Source: a virus
Lineage: Duplodnaviria; Heunggongvirae; Uroviricota; Caudoviricetes
Length of the DNA stretch: 64,000 nucleotides
Reading direction: 5' to 3' (one strand)
Virus record (IMG/VR): IMGVR_UViG_2654587772_000002
Below the pieces are notes generated by a model. That model saw only the letters and a program-made list of their open reading frames with translations. It did no database searches and was not told the DNA's origin. The position numbers were made by a program, and so were the translations under genes. Of the stretch, positions 18,450 through 30,953 are shown one piece after another (within the stretch, counting starts at the first letter, position 1; every line of letters starts with the position of its first letter).

Positions 18450-19061
18450 TCAAAGAGAAAAGCTAAAGCCCAGAAGGGAAGCCAAAGAACTTGAGGATTG
18501 GTTAAACGTGCTGTGCAATGCGAAGGTCATTGGGAATGACTTAAATTCCGTAACCTGATCCCGCGCATAGGTGACATCTCCGGTAGTGACCGGGAATACC
18601 GTCATCTCATTTTCCAGTTTGGTTAAACCGGAGGACAGCAACCGATAAATACGCACATTGAGCAAATATTTAGATGGTATGTTCCCGGTGCCGTCAGGAT
18701 TGATCACCCGACTTTTTGCCGTCTTAAACCAGTCCAAAACGAGGCCATCAACGGTATCCCTGACCATCATTGTTATCTGCCCTGGCGAACGCTCCGTTGG
18801 CTGAAGGATATTCCCTCCGCCGATTTTAATCGTTTCATATTCGATGCTGTAATCGTGGTAGGTAATGTCTTTAGCAAAGAAGTCTGCCCCCTCCAGACCA
18901 TCAACTTCGACAGAGAACTGCCATCCTTGCGCGAACAGCATTTTGTTCATGATGATTGACGTCAGCTTACCAACTTCCCGTTCACCAACGCCGGAGCCAA
19001 ATAATGTCGTCGTTAATGCCGAAGATACATAAGACTTTACTGAAGCAACATTAAGCCCCAT
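18450..19061 (-). CDS. Putative tail tube protein (203 aa)
   Basis: ORF track. Position upstream of the chaperone/tape measure pair. Assignment by context. Confidence 0.5.
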   Translation of the reverse strand: MGLNVASVKSYVSSALTTTLFGSGVGEREVGKLTSIIMNKMLFAQGWQFSVEVDGLEGADFFAKDITYHDYSIEYETIKIGGGNILQPTERSPGQITMMVRDTVDGLVLDWFKTAKSRVINPDGTGNIPSKYLLNVRIYRLLSSGLTKLENEMTVFPVTTGDVTYARDQVTEFKSFPMTFALHSTFNQSSSSLASLLGFSFSL

Positions 19062-19071
19062 ATCAGCCCCC

Positions 19072-19662
<591 letters not shown>

Positions 19663-19996
19663 TTAACCGATTCTACGAGTAGTCATTTGTTCATCGTGTA
19701 ACAATATTGCCATTGGATAAAATAACTACAGCGCCCACAAACGGGCGCATTCTGTACATGACTTGAGATATATTATGTTGCATTAAAGCTTTTCAAATGA
19801 TAATCAGCCAAGCCTTTCGCAATTATCGGCATAGTATTTTGTTGCATTTACTATTATTGACTCATAATACGATTTGCATTCTTTCTTCCATGGAGTGCAC
19901 GAATTTATTTTTTCCATATCGTTTTTATTTTTAGAAATACCAACAAGCATAATGTACCCGATAAATCTTGTTGTCAACGCGCCAATCGGTAGCGTT

Positions 19997-20284
19997 CTAT
20001 TCTCGGCTACTGTCTTTTATTAAATTATCTTTATATTGAGGAATGAAATAGTTACCAACATATTCCAGATTTGCTTCAATAGGATTAAGATAGAATGAGC
20101 AATACTGAAAAGTGGGAATTTGTCTAAATTTAACACCAGAACATAATGAATAAATTTCTTGTTCTTTTGTTAGTTCTTTTACTATGTGACTGTTGTCAGT
20201 CGTATCTTCTAATCTTATATAGTTCAAAGACGATTTTGCTTGTCCTGGGCTTACAAGCTCAATAACAGGATGCCCATTAGACAA
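19997..20284 (-). CDS. Hypothetical protein (95 aa) in an AT-rich insert
   Basis: ORF track. Very AT-rich compared with flanking phage genes. Confidence 0.4.
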   Translation of the reverse strand: MSNGHPVIELVSPGQAKSSLNYIRLEDTTDNSHIVKELTKEQEIYSLCSGVKFRQIPTFQYCSFYLNPIEANLEYVGNYFIPQYKDNLIKDSSRE

Positions 20285-20334
20285 TGTTATTCTTTCGATC
20301 TTACCCCGAATTCTAGAAGTTTGACTCCATTCAT

Positions 20335-20568
20335 CTAGGCTGCTATTTCATTTTTCTTGAATGAATCAACAATATCTGATGGCAAGCTAAAAACAGTAGC
20401 TTTCGTATTCATAGTATATGCAAGCGAAGCAGATACCATATAGTTTCTGACTAAATTATAGTCCTTCTCGGAAACAGAATACTCATTAGGAATAGCTATT
20501 GAATTTGCAAATGAATAGCTGCTAACAAAAGCAAACGGCAACAATAGTTTAAACATTAATTTTTTCAC
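20335..20568 (-). CDS. Small secreted protein (77 aa) in an AT-rich insert
   Basis: N-terminal signal peptide MKKLMFKLLLPFAFVSSYSFA. AT-rich. Confidence 0.45.
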   Translation of the reverse strand: MKKLMFKLLLPFAFVSSYSFANSIAIPNEYSVSEKDYNLVRNYMVSASLAYTMNTKATVFSLPSDIVDSFKKNEIAA

Positions 20569-20597
20569 TTATCACTATCCTTCGAATATCTTTACAT

Positions 20598-20783
20598 TTA
20601 AAGCCCGTCTTTGCAGAGACTAGTTGCTGTAGCGGTAAGTTGTGAAACAGGAATGTTAGGGCTGTCCCGTTTCTGAAGATACCCGGCGCTTAGTGTGGAC
20701 TGATGCTCTGCTGCGCTCGCTGGCGTACCAGCGGCAACCAGCCAGACTACTGCGGACAGAATAACAGCACATAATTTACGCAT
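20598..20783 (-). pseudogene. lom: lom remnant: only the signal peptide and first beta-strand (about 35 codons) of the Lom outer-membrane protein, then unrelated sequence
   Basis: MRKLCAVILSAVVWLVAAGTPASAAEHQSTLSAGYL matches the Lom N-terminus as I recall it. The ORF stops at 61 codons, whereas intact Lom is about 200 aa. Directly downstream of J, as in lambda. Confidence 0.6.
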
Positions 20784-20850
20784 AATTACCTCTCGCTTTT
20801 CTGCAATAAAAAAGGCGTCATTTCTGACGCCCGTATTGGGGTTATAAAAT

Positions 20851-23800
20851 TCAGCTGATACTGATGCCTGCGGTGGCTTTCTTCATCACCACAACCAGCA
20901 AATCGCTGATACTTGCTGTGGGATACCAGCCATTTACCCACCATGCTGATACCGAAAACTCCAGTGTCATTACGCCACTGCCTGCAGGCATATCAATAAC
21001 ACCCGTGTAAATCAGAGTATTATCCAGAGCCGTTCGGTTATAAATTTCAGCCCCGTTTTTCTTCACTATCAGGCGGCATGACGAATAAGTATCGCTATTC
21101 TCCCGTTCATGTCTGGCACCGCTGAAAGCCACCGCCGGGATAACAATTTGCCGGTCAAACGGCTGATCGTCATAAACCCTGACGGTAATGGTCCCTGATG
21201 GCCACCGTTCCGGTGCACGGGAGTCACGGGGGAAAGCTTTGCCCACTGTTTTAACGAGATCGCCTTCAATCTGGTTCGCGGACAGTTTTCCCAGAACCCG
21301 GCAGTTCTCGTTAATCGTGACGTTGTTGAGCGTCCCGGAGTTCGCATTCACGTTACCGCTGATATCGGCATTTTTTGCCGTCAGCCGCCCGTCCGGTGTC
21401 AGGGAAAATGCCGGAGGATTACCGCCGCTGGTAATGGTGGGAGCCGTCAGATATTTCAGGAACACTTCATTCATAAATATCTGATCGCCCTGACCAACAA
21501 ACATCGGCTTTGTGTTGCCATTCGCAGGATTAATCATCGCAATCCTGTCCGCCGCCAGCAGCACCTGACTCTGCATACCGTCAGGGGTATTCTCAATACC
21601 GGCACCAATACCCGCGATATAAAGGCGTCCGTCCTGCATCTGCTGCAGCTTCACAGCCCACATGCTGTTCAGGTTATTATTTGTATCAACCTGAACCTTC
21701 TGTATCTGCTGAATTGCCGCACTCTGGTCTTCCAGTTTCTTATTGACGGTCTGCGTGATTTCATTGCTGACATCCGTAATGGACGTCCTGATTTCAGCCA
21801 GGTCAGGCGCAAGCTGACCGTTATCAATCTGCGTCCACAGCTCCTGAGCCAGATGGCTTTTCCCTATCTCTCCTTTGAAAAAATCCAGATAGCCGGATGC
21901 ATCATCACTCGGCTGGCCAACAGCCTCCACAAATGCCGATTTGCCAACGGTGTTCACACTGCGGATGTAAAAATAATAATCATGGCCCGGTTTGATATTG
22001 ATACTGGCGGCTATCCAGTACAGCGCCGTGCCAAGATAGCGGGCTGTGGTTTCAACCTGCCTGATATCGGTAATCCGCTTTTCCGAGAACCAGAACTCAA
22101 ACTGTACCGTCGGGTCATAAATGGCAAGATGCGGCGTGGCGGTTATCTGAAAATAGCCCGGCGTCAGCTCAATCCTCGACGGTGCTGCCGGTGCGGCAAT
22201 CCGGAACGATACCGACGCCGCATCGCCCTGCTGCCCCACGCATTTACCGCCCGGACTGTCAGCCTGTAGTTCCCCAGCGCCAGTTGCGTGAAGCGGTATG
22301 TGGTTTCCGTCGTCCGGGCCGTGCTGACCAGCCGCTCACTGCCGTCGTCCGCTGTTACGGTCAGACGGAGCAGGAAGCTCACGCCCTTCACCACCTTCGG
22401 TGTGTCCCATCGCGCCAGCACCTGATATTCCCCGCTGTCTGCAGTGACTTCTGCGGTCAGGTGCTGCACCGCTGGCGGCGTGACACCATTCACCGTGCCA
22501 CTCTGTTCGCCGTCAAAGTGCGCCCCGTTATCCACGATGGCCTCTTTTTCCGGCACATGCTGCACGGCGGTGATGGCATACGTGCCGTCGTCGTTCTCAC
22601 GGATACTCACGCAGCGGAACAGGCGCTGGCGCAGCGTCGGCAGCTTCAGCCCCCATACGCTGTATTCAGCAACACCCTCAGGAACACGGCTCACTTTTAC
22701 CTTCACGCCGTCGTTGACGGACTGAACCTCCACGCTGACCGGATTGCCACTTCCGTCAACCAGGCTTATCAGCGTGGTACCGGAGGATGGCAGCGTGATT
22801 TCACGGTCGAGCGTCAGCGTCCGGGTCTGGCTGTTCACCGCCAGCACACGACCACCGGTGCTGATACCGGCATAGTCATCATCGCAGATTTCAATAACAT
22901 CGCCCGGTACATGGCGAAGCCCTTCTGCGCCGACGCTGAAATCCACGGTCTGCGTCTCCAGCAGCTCCGTTTTAATCAGCCACAGCCCGGCGCGGTGTGC
23001 CTGCCCCCGGCTGGTACAGCCAAAGGCATCCATCTTCGTAACATTACGACCGTAACGGGCAATGGCCTGCGTATCTTCAACAAGCTCTGTCGCCGTCTCC
23101 CAGCCGTTGTCCGGGTCAATCCAGTTCACCTCAACGGCATTATGGCGGTCTTTCAGGGCGCTGAAGCTGTAGCGGAACGGCGCGCCATCATCCGGCATCA
23201 CCACATTACTGCGGTTATAGGTCCACGCCTTATCCGACGGTCGGTCCTGCACGAACGTCAGCGTCTGCCCGTTCCATACCGGCATACAGCGCATCGCCGA
23301 GCAGAAATCACTGAGAACGTCCCACGCCTTGCGCTGTGTGGTCAGGTACGCATTACAGGTGATGCGCGGCTCCGTGCCGCCAAAGCCGTCCGGCACTGAC
23401 TGGTCGCAGTACTGGCCGATGACATACAGCGCCCATTTGTCCACATCCGCCGCACCAAGACGTTTCCCCATGCCGTAGCGCGGATGGGTCAGCATATCCC
23501 ACAGACACCAGGCCATGTTGTTGCTGTATGCTGGCTTAAACGTTCCGTCCCAGATACCGCTGTATTGTCGCGTCTGCGGGTTATAGTTCGACGGCACCTG
23601 CAGAATGCGCCCGCGAAGATGATAATTACGACTCACCTGCTGGCTGCCGAACTGCTCCGAGTCCACCTGTACGCCGACCAGTGCCGTGTTCGGGTAGCAC
23701 TGTTTCACATCGATGATTTCGGTGTATGACGACCAGAGCGTTTTGTTCTGCAGCTGGTCTGTGGTGCTGTCCGGCGTCATCCTGCGCATCCGGATATTAA

Positions 23801-24329
23801 ACGGGCGCGGCGGCAGGTTATCCACCACCACCGAGGCCAGATACTGCGAGGTGGTTTTGCCTTTAATGGTGATGTCTTTTTCCGTCACCCAGCCACCGTT
23901 ACGCTGTATCTGAACCAGCAGGCGGACTTCCGACGGATTCCGGTCCCCCTTTGAGGTGGTTTCCACCAGTGCCTGCACACCGAAGGTAAAGCGCAGACGG
24001 TCGATGTTTGCAGACGTGATGGTCCGGGTAATCGGCGTGTCGTACTTCACTTCCGTACCCAGCACCGTCTCGGAGCCGGAGGATTCAAACCCCTCCGGCG
24101 GTGTCTGCTCCTGCTCACCGGCACGGAACACCACCGTGACACCGGAGATGTTGGTATTCCCCTCAGTGTCCAGCACCGGCGTACTGTTCAGCAGCACGCT
24201 TTTTAATCCATCCACCGGACCTTCAACCGGCCCTTCGCTGATGGCATCGATCACACTCAGCAACTGCGTGGACTTCAGGTTGTCCTTCGCTTCGCGCGGG
24301 GTATGCCCCTTACTGCTTCCTTTACTCAT
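20851..24329 (-). pseudogene. J: Tail tip / host specificity protein J, split by a 1-nt frameshift at about 22234-22237
   Basis: The 721-aa ORF (22164-24329) matches lambda J (MSKGSSKGHTPREAKDNLKSTQLLSVIDAISEGP...) up to ...RAVNAWG, then goes out of frame. The 462-aa ORF (20851-22239) resumes the J sequence ([30 protein letters not shown]...) in another frame. The break is at a GGGG run on the coding strand. Confidence 0.85.
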
Positions 24330-24389
24330 TCCTCACGCTCCATAAATGACAAAACCGCCCGCAGGCGGTTTCACATAAAACATTTTGCA

Positions 24390-25061
24390 TCAGCGACCAA
24401 TCACCACAACCTGACCACCGTCCCCTTCGTCTGCCGTGCTGATCTCCTGAGAAACCACGCGTGACCCCACGCGCATTTCCCCGTACAGAACAGGCAGAAC
24501 ATTGCCCTGGGCAACCATGTTATCCAGTGAGGAGAAATAGGTGTTCTGCTTACCGTTATCCGTTGTCTGTGTACGGGGAGTTCTGGCTTTCGGTGCCAGC
24601 ATCTGCGCCACACCACCGAGGACCATACTGGCACCGAGAGAAAACAGGATGCCGGTCATACCACCGGCCCCAATGGCTGCCCCCCATGCTGCAAGGGTGG
24701 CTCCGGCGGTAAAGAATGATCCGGCAATGGCGGCAGCCCCCAGGACAATCTGGAATACGCCACCTGACTTGGCCCCGGCGACTCTGGGAACAATATGAAT
24801 CACAGCGCCATCAGGCAGAGTCTCATGTAACTGCGCCGTTAACCCGGACGTGCTGACGTCCCGCCCGGCAATCCGTACCTGATACCAGCCGTCGCTCAGT
24901 TTCTGACGAAACGCCGGGAGCTGTGTGGCCAGTGCCCGGATGGCTTCAGCCCCCGTTTTCACACGAAGGTCGATGCGGCGACCAAATCGTTGTAAATCCC
25001 CGTAAAGGCAGATGCGCGCCATGCCCGGTGACGCCAGAGGGAGTGTGTGCGTCGCTGCCAT
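24390..25061 (-). CDS. I: Tail assembly protein I
   Basis: Near-identical to lambda gpI as recalled, including the Gly/Ala-rich hydrophobic middle and C-terminal ...GGQVVVIGR. Confidence 0.9.
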   Translation of the reverse strand: MAATHTLPLASPGMARICLYGDLQRFGRRIDLRVKTGAEAIRALATQLPAFRQKLSDGWYQVRIAGRDVSTSGLTAQLHETLPDGAVIHIVPRVAGAKSGGVFQIVLGAAAIAGSFFTAGATLAAWGAAIGAGGMTGILFSLGASMVLGGVAQMLAPKARTPRTQTTDNGKQNTYFSSLDNMVAQGNVLPVLYGEMRVGSRVVSQEISTADEGDGGQVVVIGR

Positions 25062-25702
25062 TTGTCGGTGTACCTCTCTCGTTTGCTCAGTTGTTCAGGA
25101 ATATGGTGCAGCAGCTCACCGTCACCACAGTAAATGGCGGCATGATTCGGCACCGATGAACCAAAACAGCACAGCAGCACATCGCCCGGCTGCGCCGCTG
25201 ACAACGGCACCTGATACAGCCCTGTGGCCTCCAGATTATCCAGATAGAGATTCTGACCGTGACGCCACCAGTCATCCCCGCGATGAAAATCCGGCATCTC
25301 AATCCCCGCCAGATGATAAGCATCCCGGAACAGCGTGTAACAGTCCGTCACCCCGTGCTCAAAGCGCCGCCCGGTGAGATGCGGCACACAGCGGAACTTA
25401 TGAATCGCCCCCCGGCAGACCAGCCACCACGGCAAATCACTCTGCACCTGCAGCCGCCGGTCAGCCTCACTCAGCCAGGGCAGACCACCGGGGTGGCTGT
25501 GGACCAGCGCCACAATCTCACCCTGCATTTCTGCCTGCAGCCAGTCCTCCGGAGCCATCCGGAAATAATCCTCCGGCTCACCGGAAATATTCACGCCGGG
25601 AAAATATCTTTCCCCCTCCGGCGTGCTTACCACGAAGCCGCACGACTCCGCTGGCGCACATCGCCGGGCGTGCGCCAGAATCGCTGATTCTGTCTGTGTC
25701 AT
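24959..25702 (-). CDS. K: Tail assembly protein K (JAB/MPN plus NlpC/P60-like)
   Basis: Matches lambda gpK (HSHPGG JAMM-like motif; Cys/His NlpC/P60-like C-terminal part). Overlaps I as in lambda. Confidence 0.9.
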   Translation of the reverse strand: MTQTESAILAHARRCAPAESCGFVVSTPEGERYFPGVNISGEPEDYFRMAPEDWLQAEMQGEIVALVHSHPGGLPWLSEADRRLQVQSDLPWWLVCRGAIHKFRCVPHLTGRRFEHGVTDCYTLFRDAYHLAGIEMPDFHRGDDWWRHGQNLYLDNLEATGLYQVPLSAAQPGDVLLCCFGSSVPNHAAIYCGDGELLHHIPEQLSKRERYTDKWQRRTHSLWRHRAWRASAFTGIYNDLVAASTFV

Positions 25703-25707
25703 GGGAT

Positions 25708-26406
25708 TTACTGCGAAAGTTTGTTAATGGAAAGGAAGCCGCCAAAGTTGCCGACGTTATTGCGAAACTTACAGCCACTCAGGCATTTGCTGCATTTATC
25801 CTTCGTGATATCGGACGTCGGCTGGTCATATTCATCCGCGACCGCCGGACCGCTATAACCGCACTCATCGCCGCGATAGGTCCAGGTGCAGGTGTTGGCC
25901 AGCATGATACGTCCCGGAAAAACAGCGCCATCCGTTTCAGTCGGCGTGGACAGTACAAAAGAGGCACTGACCGCGCTCAGTTCGCTGCACTGCTCGATGC
26001 GCCAGCGGCTGATCACCTCCTGCTCCGGATCGGCTTCGCTGTTTCCGTTGACGAAGTTCACCGCATCCAGAAAGCGGGCGTAAACCTTACGCCGGACCAC
26101 CGTTCCGCCGACCAGACTCTGCAGATCTTCCGCCATCCCGGTGATCATGCCGTGCAGGTTAGAGACCGTCAGTGTCGGACGGGCAGCACTGCCCTTGCCG
26201 TTCATCTCAAATCCACTCCCCTGAATGGGATAGGCCTGATACTGCCGACTCTGCCAGGTGACAGACTCACCTTTTTCGTTCTGCTCATTACAGAAAAAGT
26301 AGCGATCCCCGTCTACCTCTGTCAGGTCGATTTCCCAGAGCACCACGCTGGCAGACTGCTCCGCACGAATGCATTCATTCAGCGTTTCCTGTTGTATGTC
26401 CTGCAT
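25708..26406 (-). CDS. L: Minor tail protein L
   Basis: Near-identical to lambda gpL ([31 protein letters not shown]...; C-terminal Cys cluster CSKCLSGCKF). Confidence 0.95.
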   Translation of the reverse strand: MQDIQQETLNECIRAEQSASVVLWEIDLTEVDGDRYFFCNEQNEKGESVTWQSRQYQAYPIQGSGFEMNGKGSAARPTLTVSNLHGMITGMAEDLQSLVGGTVVRRKVYARFLDAVNFVNGNSEADPEQEVISRWRIEQCSELSAVSASFVLSTPTETDGAVFPGRIMLANTCTWTYRGDECGYSGPAVADEYDQPTSDITKDKCSKCLSGCKFRNNVGNFGGFLSINKLSQ

Positions 26407-26744
26407 CAGATCACCACTTCGTCAAACTGACACGAAAAATCGGTATAGGTGATATGTTCTGTCGCTGACCACGTTCGACACACCACTCTGATTTTTCTGT
26501 TAATACCCGGCGGGCGCCAAAAAAAAGATTTATAGCCTTCATGCCGGGCTAAAAATTTTTCAAATGAATCACGTTCATTCGCCTCAACTTTGAAATCACA
26601 GGTGAAAACGCGCAGAGAATGATTAAGTCCATTTGGACTTCGTTGCTCATAACCATCGCCAAATCTTACAGTTTTTATCGATGGTTTATTTTCTGTTTTC
26701 ATTCCATCCTCTGGTAACCAGTGAAATTCTTCCGTATTAGCCAC
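26406..26744 (-). CDS. M: Minor tail protein M
   Basis: VRFGDGY.QR.P.GLN... and C-terminal F.EVV match lambda gpM. Confidence 0.9.
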
Positions 26745-29700
26745 TTAACATTCCCCCATCACGTCGCATATTTAACAGATTGCCCTGCACCCGCTGATCA
26801 ACCATCCCCATAAGTGCTTTTATTGCCTGAGGGCCAATCTCTCCATTCTGGCCGTCATTTTGAATAGTGATTTGGTATACAGGGGCATAGGTAATATCTC
26901 CGCCTCCATTACCACTTTTACTATTAATAGCTCTGACACCAAGAGAACCATCGGAAGTTCGTGTTAATGGCATAATGGCTTCCGGACCAGCCTCACCAAA
27001 AACACCAGCCCCTCTTGCAAAAGCAAAAAATTGCGGGGAATCATAAATACCGTTCGAATACGTGTTCAATGACGGAGACTCATAAACACCGCCCTTTGCA
27101 TTCGGAATAAATTTACTAATAGCACTCCCGATAGTTCCTAAAATCCCCCCAGAAGAACTGTTACTAATGCTGTCGAAAATCCCAGTAATTGAAGCCTTTA
27201 ATGCTATTCGACTAAGATCCGAAATCACGGAAGTAGCGAAAGAACGAAAATTTGCCTTGCCTGTCGTGACAAAATCACCCAGCGCATCGGTCATTCCATC
27301 AAACATCTGAGTCGTGGTTGATTTTATCTGCTCACTGATATCCTTAGTGTCATCCAGCCAGTTATTGAATCCCTGGGAGGCACCACTAACCCAGTCTCCT
27401 GCCTGAATATCGAGCTGCTCGTTTTTCTGTCTGACAATTTCTTTTTCTCGTTCCAGAGCATCATTCAGAGCCTGCATTTTCTCCTGAAAAACATGATTTG
27501 ACATCCCACGGGATTTATCTGCATAGTCACGTTCAAGTTGCAGACGCTGATTGTTATATTCACGTTCAATCCGCAGTAATTCCTGCTGGCGTTGCTGATT
27601 TTTATCGCCAACCCCATAACCAGCAATCTGAATATCATACCCCTGTTGACGATTATCAATCGAAGCCTGCAATGAATCACGCCATGCAGCTATTTCGGCG
27701 GATTCCTTGATTAGCCTGTTATTTTTTTCAATCGCAACATTTTTCTCCATCAACGCGGTTATTTCTTCCAGGTGTAAGAGAAGCGATTTCTGATCCTGGG
27801 TTAATTTCGATGACGGTCGTGACTCCAGGTCGGCAATCTGCTGACGCCACTTAACCAGTTCCTGTTCAGAGGAACTTAATTTAACGGTTAATTCAGTTTG
27901 TGAACTTAGTAACGCATTCTGTTGATTCAGATGATCAATCATTCGTTGGGCAGCATCATCCGAATAACCTTTCGCCTTTGGTTGCTTTGGATCTTTATAA
28001 CGCTCATTTATTTGAGCGATAAAATTATTATATTCTTCCTTTGAATACTGACTCTTTAGCTTTTCCAGTTTTGCAAGTTCACTAGCTCTCTGCTGCTCCC
28101 GGGTCTGATATTGTTTTGAAAAGGCATCTGCTCTCTGTCTGAGTTCAATTCCTTCCTGTTGTCGCTTGTTGTAATCGTTTATTGATGAATTTAGGACGTC
28201 CTGAGCAATTTTTTCTGCTTGAAGTACGCCCAATTGCTGCTTTAATCGTGCCAGCCTTTTATTTTGAGCTCCGCCATCTCCAATGCCACCTAACCCGAAA
28301 ACTCCGGGTCGGGTATTTTTTTCTATTTCATCAATTTGACGGAGAACATCTGAGATTTTTTGATCAAGGGAGGCCTCACGGCCAATGTCCAGCATGGAAT
28401 CCCATGCCCATTTTGCGGAGTCTGCGACAGCTTTCCATGCAGTCTCAAGATAACCAAGATTTTCTTTAATCTGGTTGGTGCGCTGGATCATTGAGGATGA
28501 GTATTCTTCTGTCGCAATGCGGGCGGCCTCCTGCTGGTTCCCTTCATCCTGTAGCGCCTTAATCTGGTTATAAGTCGCAAGTGTCAGAAAATGGTACTGA
28601 TCATTAAGTTTTGATATGGCACTGACAGGATCCTTTGCAATTTCATTGAAGTCATTAACCAGTTGTTCGGTTGATATTCCTGTTACTTCGCTCGTTTTTA
28701 CTATCGCTGTCGTCACTTGCTCCAGCGAACTGCTCGCTACCTTTCCCGAACGCACAAGCTGATTTAATACTGCCGCCGCAGCACCAGTTGTCGAATCAGC
28801 CGCATTCCCGGCACGTTGAGCTATATCGCCCAATTGCCCGCTGGTTGTCCCCAACTGATTTCCGGTAAGAATAAGAGATTTATTAAATTCGTCCTGCTCC
28901 TGAGAGCCTTTATAGTAAGCCAGTCCTAAGACCCCAACGGCTGCTGCGGCCAGGGTAAAAGGATTAATTAATCCCAGCACATAAGAACCTACACCTTTGA
29001 TCGCCGGGCCAATCCCACCGAACATATCTTTTAGCTGGCCGCCCTGCTGCATTAACACCATAAATGGCGACTGACCAGTGGACAACCCAACAACAATATC
29101 CGTCATTTGTGCAGGCAACATGCGCATAGCAAAAGCCGTTTGTTTTGCCGACATTCCGGTTTTGCTTAATTGTGATTGAGTAACCTCAAGCTCACTCCGC
29201 ATAGCACGAAGTTTTCCAGAAAGCTCCTCATACATTTCAGGAGAAAGCATCCCCTTAGCTTTTGCTTCATTGAGCTGTTTCTGTTGTTCTACCAGACGAT
29301 TAAAAGCAGTTCCGACAGGATCAAGTTGAGCAATCAGACGTTGCAAAGCAACAACCTGTTCATCATGCGCTTTTGCTGCTTCTCGCTCTGCCTGAGCCTC
29401 TCCGGTAAGCTCTCGCCGTGTTTCCTGTATTTTTCGGCTATAATTCTCAAACTGAGAACCATTTATTTTCCCGGATGCAAACGCAGCATTAAGTTCATCA
29501 TGCTGTTGTTCAAGATTTCTTAGCGCCGCAGCCAGAGGGTCGATCTTGTCCAGCATTCTTTGAAAGGCCTGAGCCTGCGCTTCCTGCTGGGCGGCAGCAA
29601 GTTTTCCGGCCTTCTCGGCTTCTCTCTGCGCTTGCGCAACCCCGCTCAATTCCTCTGTGGTTTCATTAAGTTTACGGACAAGAAATTCATATTCTTCTTT

Positions 29701-29970
29701 ATCAATAAGCCCTTTATCGAAAAATTTCTTTAATTCAGAATAGCGTCGACCGACAGTATCAATTGCGGCACCAACTGGATCAATAGCTGCTTTTAATTTT
29801 GCGAGCGCGTTCTTCTCATCTTCTGTTGCCTTAGTCACTTTCCCTGCGCTATTTGCAGCAGTTTCCCCAGCCTGCGTCATTTTGACTAATGAGGAGGTCA
29901 GATTGTCAGCATTATTTTTCGCTCCAGTGCTATCAATAATTATTGCGAGACGCGAGGTTTGCTCTGCCAT
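26737..29970 (-). CDS. H: Tail tape measure protein (gpH-like, 1077 aa)
   Basis: Long coiled-coil N-terminal region and hydrophobic segments. Sits between GT and M as in lambda. Confidence 0.9.
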
Positions 29971-30135
29971 TTATTAAAACTCCTGACAACAAAAAACCCA
30001 CCGCGAAGTGGGTTTCAGGCGACATAATAGTAGATATAGCGATTACGAGGCCACGCAATGCTTTTCTCCAGGAGCATCATCGATTTAATTAAAGACACCA
30101 TCACATCTCTGTAACAGAGTGTACGTAATTAACAA

Positions 30136-30905
30136 CTACACACACTGCTCCTGAAAATACTGGTCATCCAGTGCAAAGATCACTGCTTCAAATTCATCGC
30201 GCTCAATCAATACCGGATGAGTGGCTAAATATTCATTTATCTCTGTCAGAGATAAAGGCAAAGGCACCCCAGCCATTCCAGCATAACGTCGGGCACGGGA
30301 TATTACCGAATAGGCGTACAACAACTCCTTAAGCACCGGGTCTATTTCTGGTTCCGGTATCGGTGGCAACCTGAGTTTTTCTCGCTTCCATCTTGCCTTT
30401 TCCCCCCTTTCTCCCCCGAACTCCGATAACCACCGCTGGGCAGCTATGGCTTTTTTATCGTATCCTGCTTCTGCTGCTCTTTACCCTGGGCGATGCTGGC
30501 TGCTTCTGCAAGGATCTGCCAGTACAACTCTGGATTCTGCTTAAGCAGCGCGATCCCTCGTTCTGCCGTATATTCCAGTGCAACCTCAACACCATTAACC
30601 AGTTCACCAACCCCTTTCCAGTCTTTCAGCAGATAACGAGCGGCATTATCAATGAGTAAATCATCAACAGAATCCACCTCGGAAACCTTTGAAATATCAA
30701 ACTCCTTCGTTCCGACGTGCAAACTGGCATCCATTTTCTCAATGTGGCGACGGATTAATGCATTACGGGAGCGATACTGATCGTTATCGCTGCTTGCCAC
30801 CAACAGTTTTAACCCGTCTACAGGTTTTAAGTCCTTCATTGGCGTAAACCAGCGTTCTCCACCAATGATAATTTTCTGATTAAGAATAAACATCCATAAC
30901 CTCAT
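30136..30905 (-). CDS. Tail assembly chaperone GT, the product of a programmed -1 frameshift from G into the downstream frame
   Basis: The 77-aa ORF (30136-30369) is in the -1 frame relative to G. That frame is open upstream through the G stop. The heptamer A AAA AAG (coding strand, about 30450-30456) sits 2 codons before the G stop. Confidence 0.7.
30444..30905 (-). CDS. G: Tail assembly chaperone G
   Basis: Position between the major tail gene and the tape measure gene. Ends ...QQKQDTIKKP, with a slippery A-AAA-AAG at its 3' end. Confidence 0.8.
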   Translation of the reverse strand: MRLWMFILNQKIIIGGERWFTPMKDLKPVDGLKLLVASSDNDQYRSRNALIRRHIEKMDASLHVGTKEFDISKVSEVDSVDDLLIDNAARYLLKDWKGVGELVNGVEVALEYTAERGIALLKQNPELYWQILAEAASIAQGKEQQKQDTIKKP

Positions 30906-30953
30906 TCAATGCGTCCCCCTGTAGGGCAGTACCACAGGAGGAATAACGGAAAA

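Noticed and set aside
22182-23399. 405-aa plus-strand ORF, plus other plus-strand ORFs at 22444-22725, 23484-23913 and 23956-24345
   Set aside because: They are antisense to the highly conserved lambda J coding sequence. They are Arg/Pro/His-rich with no RBS and are typical spurious open frames on the complement of a GC-rich gene.
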